DNA from: an uncultured virus (IMG/VR IMGVR_UViG_2879039326_000005)
Lineage: Duplodnaviria; Heunggongvirae; Uroviricota; Caudoviricetes
Virus record (IMG/VR): IMGVR_UViG_2879039326_000005
DNA length: 57,265 nucleotides
Strand: one strand, 5' to 3'
A model generated the notes under the pieces. The model saw only the letters and a program-made list of their open reading frames with translations, searched no databases and was not told the origin of the DNA. Of this stretch, positions 53,701 to 57,265 are shown piece after piece (position 1 is the first letter of the stretch; each line of letters begins with the position of its first letter). Made by a program: the position numbers and the translations under genes.

Positions 53701-56700
53701 TTGCTGAGCCAGAGCGCATTATCAACTTCTCCAAGCAGGCCATGGCCCAAGGCGATAAGCCGGCCAAGTCCCTGACCCGCAAAGAGGCTGATTTGGTCAC
53801 CAAGGAGTGGTTCAAGCAGTACAAGGGGGCAGCCGGCATTGATGTGCAGATCCACGCCACCCAGGCGGAACTGGAGCAGGCATTGGGGCTGGATGCGAAA
53901 GAGGGGCTGATCCGGCGCGCTGCTTTCGACGATGACACTGGCACCCTGCATGTGGCCGCTGACACCATTGCCAACCCCAAGCGGATGCGCGAGATCCTGC
54001 GCCATGAAGTGCTGGCTCACTATGGCTTGGCCAATGTGCTTGGCGATGGCGAGTACACCAAGCTGATCAGCCGGCTCATCAAGTCGAAGAAAGACCCCAG
54101 CATGAAGGCGGTATGGGATTGGGTTGATACTCATTATGCCGATGAGGATATCGGGGTGCAGGCTGAGGAGGTGGTGGCTCACCTTGCGGAACTGGAGCAG
54201 GGCGCATGGGGGCGCGGCTGGGATCAGGTGGTGGCATGGGTCACCAAGGCACTGCGTGCAGTTGGCTTTGTGCCTGACGGCATCACGGCTGCCGAGACGC
54301 GCAGCCTGATCGATGGGCTGGGCAATAAGATGAAGCGCGGCAGTCCTGATGATAGTGGCCCTGATGGCGGCAAGAAGTTTAGCCAGGAGGAGCAGCCAGC
54401 CAAGAAGGGCGGCATCAAGATGAGCCAAACCAGCACCCAGGCAGATGATGCCATGAAGAAGCTGAACCTTGGCCCCAAGCCAGATGTCATCGACAACACC
54501 AAGGCCAACCTGGACAAGCTGCGTGCAGTGGATCGCGGCGTGATCAAGTTGTGGGTGGATCGGTTCATCAAGAAGGCCAACACCGAAGTGCTCGATGCGC
54601 TGGCCCCCATCAAGTACGCAGAGCAAGCCGCAGGCATTACCGATGCTGCCGACTCGGGTTACATCGCTGCACGCATGGCGACTGGGGCGGCATCTACCAT
54701 GCAGGCCACCATGCTCTATGGTCTGCCTGAGTGGAAGGACGGGGTGATCCAGCGCAAGGAAGGTACCGGCGAGAAAGATGCGCTGTTGGGAATCTTCTCT
54801 GACCTTGGCAAGGATTTGCACAACTGGCTCGGTTGGATGGCTGGCCACCGCGCTGAACTGCTGATGGAGCAAGGGCGCGAAAACCTGCTGAGTGAACAAG
54901 ACATAGCGGCCCTGAAAGGGCTCGGCAAGGGGAAGGAGGCCAAGTTCATGGAGGCCAAAGCCCGCTGGAACCGCCTGAATGCTGCCACCCTTGATCTGGC
55001 GCAGGAGGCCGGGCTGTTCACCGCTGATGCCCGGGCCGAGTTCGAAAACGAGTGGTACATCCCATTCTTCCGGGAATCTGACGATGGTGACGTGATCGCG
55101 CCATTCAAGCCGAAGGGTATTGCCAACCAGAACGCCGGGATCAAGAAGCTCAAGGGGGGCGAGGCCAACACCAACGACCTGCTCGAGAACATCTTTACCA
55201 GCACCAGCAAGCTGATCGACGCCTCCATGAAGAACATGGCAGCGCAAAAGACGGTCTGGAATCTGGCCGATACCGGTGCCATTGAGATAGTTGCCAAGCC
55301 CAACATGATGGATTGGCGCGCACTCAAGAACGGCAAGGACCTGATCACCGTCAAGTTGGATGGTGAGGACTACATGATCCGGGTGGTGGACCCTGATCTG
55401 TACCGCGCCATGACCTTCTTCGACCGGCAACCGTTTGGAGCCATGGTGAATGTGGCCGCCAAAGCCAAACGCCTGCTGACGGCAGGGGTCACCGCATCCC
55501 CTGAGTTCATGCTGCGCAACTTCTTGCGCGACTCCCTCTCCAGCTGGGCGATCAGTAAAGACGGCTTCAAGCCGGTGATCGACTCCATCAAAGGGGTGAA
55601 GAAGACGCTAGCCATGGAGGGGAGCACCATTGATGTGATGTTCAGTGGTGCCAGCTTCCTTGGTGGCTATGTCAACGGTAACGATCCGACGGCTATGGCC
55701 GACTCTGTGCGCAAATCACTGCGTCGCAAAGGGATGACACCTGAGCAGATCGCCAAGTATGAGAAATCCATCGTGCGCAACGCCGCCCACGTCAAGGGTG
55801 TAGTGGCCGATGTGTGGGACAAGTACAGCCAGTATGGTGAGGCGTTGGAGAATGCCAACCGCGAGGCCGTCTATGCGGCAGCGATCAAGGCTGGCAAGAG
55901 TCACGCCCAGGCGGCGTTCGAATCGAAGGATTTGATGGACTTCTCCATGCTCGGGGCGGCCCGTTTCATTCAGGGGGCATCAATGGTATTGCCGTTCTTC
56001 AACGCCCGCCTGCAGGGGCTCGGCAAGCTGAGCCGTGAGCTGCGTGACAACCCGCGGGAGATTGCCAAGCGCGCCGGCATGATCACTGCAATGTCGCTCG
56101 GGCTGCTTGCTCTGAACTGGGATGACGAGCGCTATGAGGAGCTGCCGGACTGGGATAAGGATGCAAACTGGCACTTCTTTGTCGGCGATCAGCACTTCCG
56201 GATCCCCAAGCCGTTTGAGATTGGCGTGATGTTCGGCACAATCCCGGAGCGCATGGTGCGCGCCATGGGTGGCAAGGACACTGGCGCCCAGCTCGGCAAG
56301 GCGGTGGCCAGAGCGATCGGTGAAACATTCGCCCTCAACCCCACCCCGCAGATCGTCAAGCCGTTGGTGGAGTCCTATTTCAACTACGACTCTTTCCGTG
56401 GCGGGCCCATCGAGAACGCACAGGATCTCGCTGTGAAGGCGGAAGCCCGTTACAACGAGCAAACCAGCCTGATTATGCGTGAACTTGGCGAAGCAATGGG
56501 GATGTCGCCCAAGAAGCTGGAGCACCTGCTGATCGGTTATACCGGCACGATAGGCGGCTACGTCATGGCCACCGCCGACGGCTTGATCCGCGCAGCGCAG
56601 CCTGGCGAGTCAGCCAGCTGGCGCGCAGATGAGATCCCGTTGGTCAAGGCTGTGTATCGCGGCACCGGCCCTGCCAAATCTACCCAGCACATGGAAGAGT

Positions 56701-56999
56701 TTTACCGGATGCTGAACGAGGTAAACCAGCTCAAGCGCACCGTTGACCAGTACCGCAGTGAGGGGCTTACCGACAAGGCCAATGAGCTGCTGGATGAGCA
56801 GGGCGGTATCTTGAAGTCGCGCAGCAGTTTGAGTCGGACTCAGCAACAGGTACGAGTGGTGCGAAACAGGATTGAGCTGCTGCAGCGCGACCGAGTGCTG
56901 AGTGCTGACGAGAAGCGCCGGCGCATAGATGAGCTGCTTTCGCGCCGCAATGATCTGGTGTACCAGGCGGTGAACAACAACCGCAAGAACTGGGAATAG
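50739..56999 (+). CDS. Large polyvalent virion/ejection protein (inorganic pyrophosphatase-like, zincin-like and LPD38-like domains)
   Basis: EAQKEAGNYKKGH...YGYI..T.GADGDHVDVF...FDEHKV (~53230-53640); HEVLAHYGL (~54003); YEELPDWDKDANW...RIPKPFE C-terminal region. Confidence 0.85.
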   Translation: MAKPTRDDFIAAARARYLPQQPDDNGGDEQGIIGDTVDMFQRGLGQTLGGDLETVGQLTGSQGIKDAGRGVSAWADGQLDQASTPMREAMGKQFFQENAETGAIEAGDAWADPRAWAGNFSTVLGQFVGLVGGTKGAGLIAKPALRGAGKLLAKDLVEGQAKELVAKATVKDAISAGALDSVRAAYLAAPGEAAKRAVLDKAIGRLTSIGYGAHAGAMASGMRAQQAEQEARGYFNGLGNDELNANPIYQQAYWELADGEMQGADIGDIRRAAIDSVAELAATDAWSDPRALTADFLSGVMTGAGGGVGGLLGKVGSTRAGAAVRGFAGEGATEAWQGGETQRAVNQAVQEWADESRDPMAGVLSAALNEGTIGGAFGGVVGAVHGPQAPDMAKPLVRVERRVVTGDQQMDDMIHGLDQRQAERGASISSQIDSMFAGANNPLGSGKFDPVRDVPAYQRQGFVRGSHDFQGKAIVPLEGELLDPATAMSATPSGPQPDMGGQPSDPALDMTAIADQRISGELQDEAALPGQQANLLPGATYEGEAREVGTDLPVPRGPAPALPESSNAATVPLPESVRLTRRGLPFSSEKEAALASRQDETPIPLDGGGFGIAKIAELEQGRGEQAATVPQDINQEVRDNSLPQPLAPAVDTGYREEIPATQPQAEVFNEQAPQVLAISSERQGDQPGAGQPVAESAGAATAGLSDRAGTGDRAGLLASAPVPDGQQQNDQTLTAPATDAGVDVSGPADPAPLPWAESINNADGTITLKGEIPIIRQWAKDNGVKAIPGKGGVVVAKSSAAKVLDMVAPAATKPVQQIEAARAEVAPEPTEAQKEAGNYKKGHLTLQGLDIALEDPKGSTRSGTDQDGKAWQSTMAHDYGYIKRTLGADGDHVDVFIGDQPDSETVYVVDQVDPKTGKFDEHKVMMGFADEQAARAGYLANYEKGWKGLGTIKAMPVDEFKVWVKEGDTTKPIDGKEEGKPAGEPDPVAEPERIINFSKQAMAQGDKPAKSLTRKEADLVTKEWFKQYKGAAGIDVQIHATQAELEQALGLDAKEGLIRRAAFDDDTGTLHVAADTIANPKRMREILRHEVLAHYGLANVLGDGEYTKLISRLIKSKKDPSMKAVWDWVDTHYADEDIGVQAEEVVAHLAELEQGAWGRGWDQVVAWVTKALRAVGFVPDGITAAETRSLIDGLGNKMKRGSPDDSGPDGGKKFSQEEQPAKKGGIKMSQTSTQADDAMKKLNLGPKPDVIDNTKANLDKLRAVDRGVIKLWVDRFIKKANTEVLDALAPIKYAEQAAGITDAADSGYIAARMATGAASTMQATMLYGLPEWKDGVIQRKEGTGEKDALLGIFSDLGKDLHNWLGWMAGHRAELLMEQGRENLLSEQDIAALKGLGKGKEAKFMEAKARWNRLNAATLDLAQEAGLFTADARAEFENEWYIPFFRESDDGDVIAPFKPKGIANQNAGIKKLKGGEANTNDLLENIFTSTSKLIDASMKNMAAQKTVWNLADTGAIEIVAKPNMMDWRALKNGKDLITVKLDGEDYMIRVVDPDLYRAMTFFDRQPFGAMVNVAAKAKRLLTAGVTASPEFMLRNFLRDSLSSWAISKDGFKPVIDSIKGVKKTLAMEGSTIDVMFSGASFLGGYVNGNDPTAMADSVRKSLRRKGMTPEQIAKYEKSIVRNAAHVKGVVADVWDKYSQYGEALENANREAVYAAAIKAGKSHAQAAFESKDLMDFSMLGAARFIQGASMVLPFFNARLQGLGKLSRELRDNPREIAKRAGMITAMSLGLLALNWDDERYEELPDWDKDANWHFFVGDQHFRIPKPFEIGVMFGTIPERMVRAMGGKDTGAQLGKAVARAIGETFALNPTPQIVKPLVESYFNYDSFRGGPIENAQDLAVKAEARYNEQTSLIMRELGEAMGMSPKKLEHLLIGYTGTIGGYVMATADGLIRAAQPGESASWRADEIPLVKAVYRGTGPAKSTQHMEEFYRMLNEVNQLKRTVDQYRSEGLTDKANELLDEQGGILKSRSSLSRTQQQVRVVRNRIELLQRDRVLSADEKRRRIDELLSRRNDLVYQAVNNNRKNWE
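52744..52938 (+). CDS. Candidate overprinted 64-aa gene in the +1 frame of the giant gene
   Basis: GAGG 6 nt before ATG; 54 of 64 codons end in G/C; host frame is rich in GGA/CGA/GTA codons here. Confidence 0.5.
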   Translation: MSRLPRYLQSAVNDKVISLEQANQLQRALEQPLPDSPTELEPEIGQVSLLLHLYQMDSSRMTKH

Positions 57000-57011
57000 C
57001 GGCCCTGGCTG

Positions 57012-57040
57012 GGCCTCAGTTAAGGGAGTAAACTGAGGCC
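57012..57040. other. Inverted repeat after the giant gene
   Basis: GGCCTCAGTT-N9-AACTGAGGCC. Confidence 0.55.
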
Positions 57041-57061
57041 TTTGTCAGGGAGGATTACGCG

Positions 57062-57265
57062 ATGTGGTTGCTTGGAGCGATTGTTTGCATGGTGCTGGCG
57101 CTGAAACTGATGAGCGTCAGTCTGGTGTTGGGCCTGATCCCGGCTGCTGCCGGTTACTGGTGTTTCAGCCAGTCAACGCGAGCGAGCCTCGAGACGTTCA
57201 TGGCATTCATGTTCGCCCTGGTGCTGCTCGGGTTGGTGCTGAATGTGATAGTCGCGAACTGGTAG
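57062..57265 (+). CDS. Small multi-pass membrane protein
   Basis: GGAGG RBS; 67 aa, almost entirely hydrophobic. Confidence 0.7.
   Translation: MWLLGAIVCMVLALKLMSVSLVLGLIPAAAGYWCFSQSTRASLETFMAFMFALVLLGLVLNVIVANW

Larger units (their letters stand above)
5710..57265. mobile_element. Temperate prophage with lambdoid early region and podovirus-like morphogenesis; right end beyond the window
   Basis: Continuous int-xis-recombination-cI/cro-replication-nin-Q-lysis-terminase-portal-capsid-short tail-ejection gene order; no tape-measure or sheath gene seen. Confidence 0.95.

Noticed and set aside
52065..55430. 1121-aa ORF on the minus strand
   Set aside because: Antisense shadow of the codon-biased giant gene; no recognisable motifs.

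Overview
The window holds two prophages integrated in tandem at a tRNA-Leu(TAA) site of a ~58% GC gammaproteobacterium; an Aeromonas-like host is my inference from codon usage and gene content. Bases 1-5709 are the right end of a P2/186-like element: ogr-like, cII, cox, cI, three accessory genes, a tyrosine integrase, and a duplicated 3' half of tRNA-Leu (att). From 5728 to the window end lies a >51 kb temperate phage with lambdoid early regulation and a podovirus-type virion. Its early region has int/xis, a long leftward operon (rdgC, MT-A70 methylase, recT/recE, many small ORFs), a structured leftward leader with a C4-type RNA and a tRNA-Pro(TGG), cI/cro, a PAPS-reductase-like gene, O/P-like replication genes with an iteron origin, nin genes and Q. 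Its late region has lysis genes, terminase, portal, scaffold, an N4-gp56-type capsid, short-tail and ejection genes, and a ~2090-aa polyvalent protein. The most notable observations are: (i) a GACC(A)-based RNA motif system (a covarying boxB-like pair at nutL/nutR positions, a hairpin array ahead of an N-like gene, and the same motif at many ribosome-binding sites); (ii) three copies of a late promoter-terminator module; (iii) a probable overprinted 64-aa gene inside the giant gene; (iv) a repressor that appears non-cleavable, with a C4 RNA and an antirepressor-like ORF; (v) Gp49-family and HolE-like accessory genes. All protein assignments come from motif recognition by eye; no database search was run.
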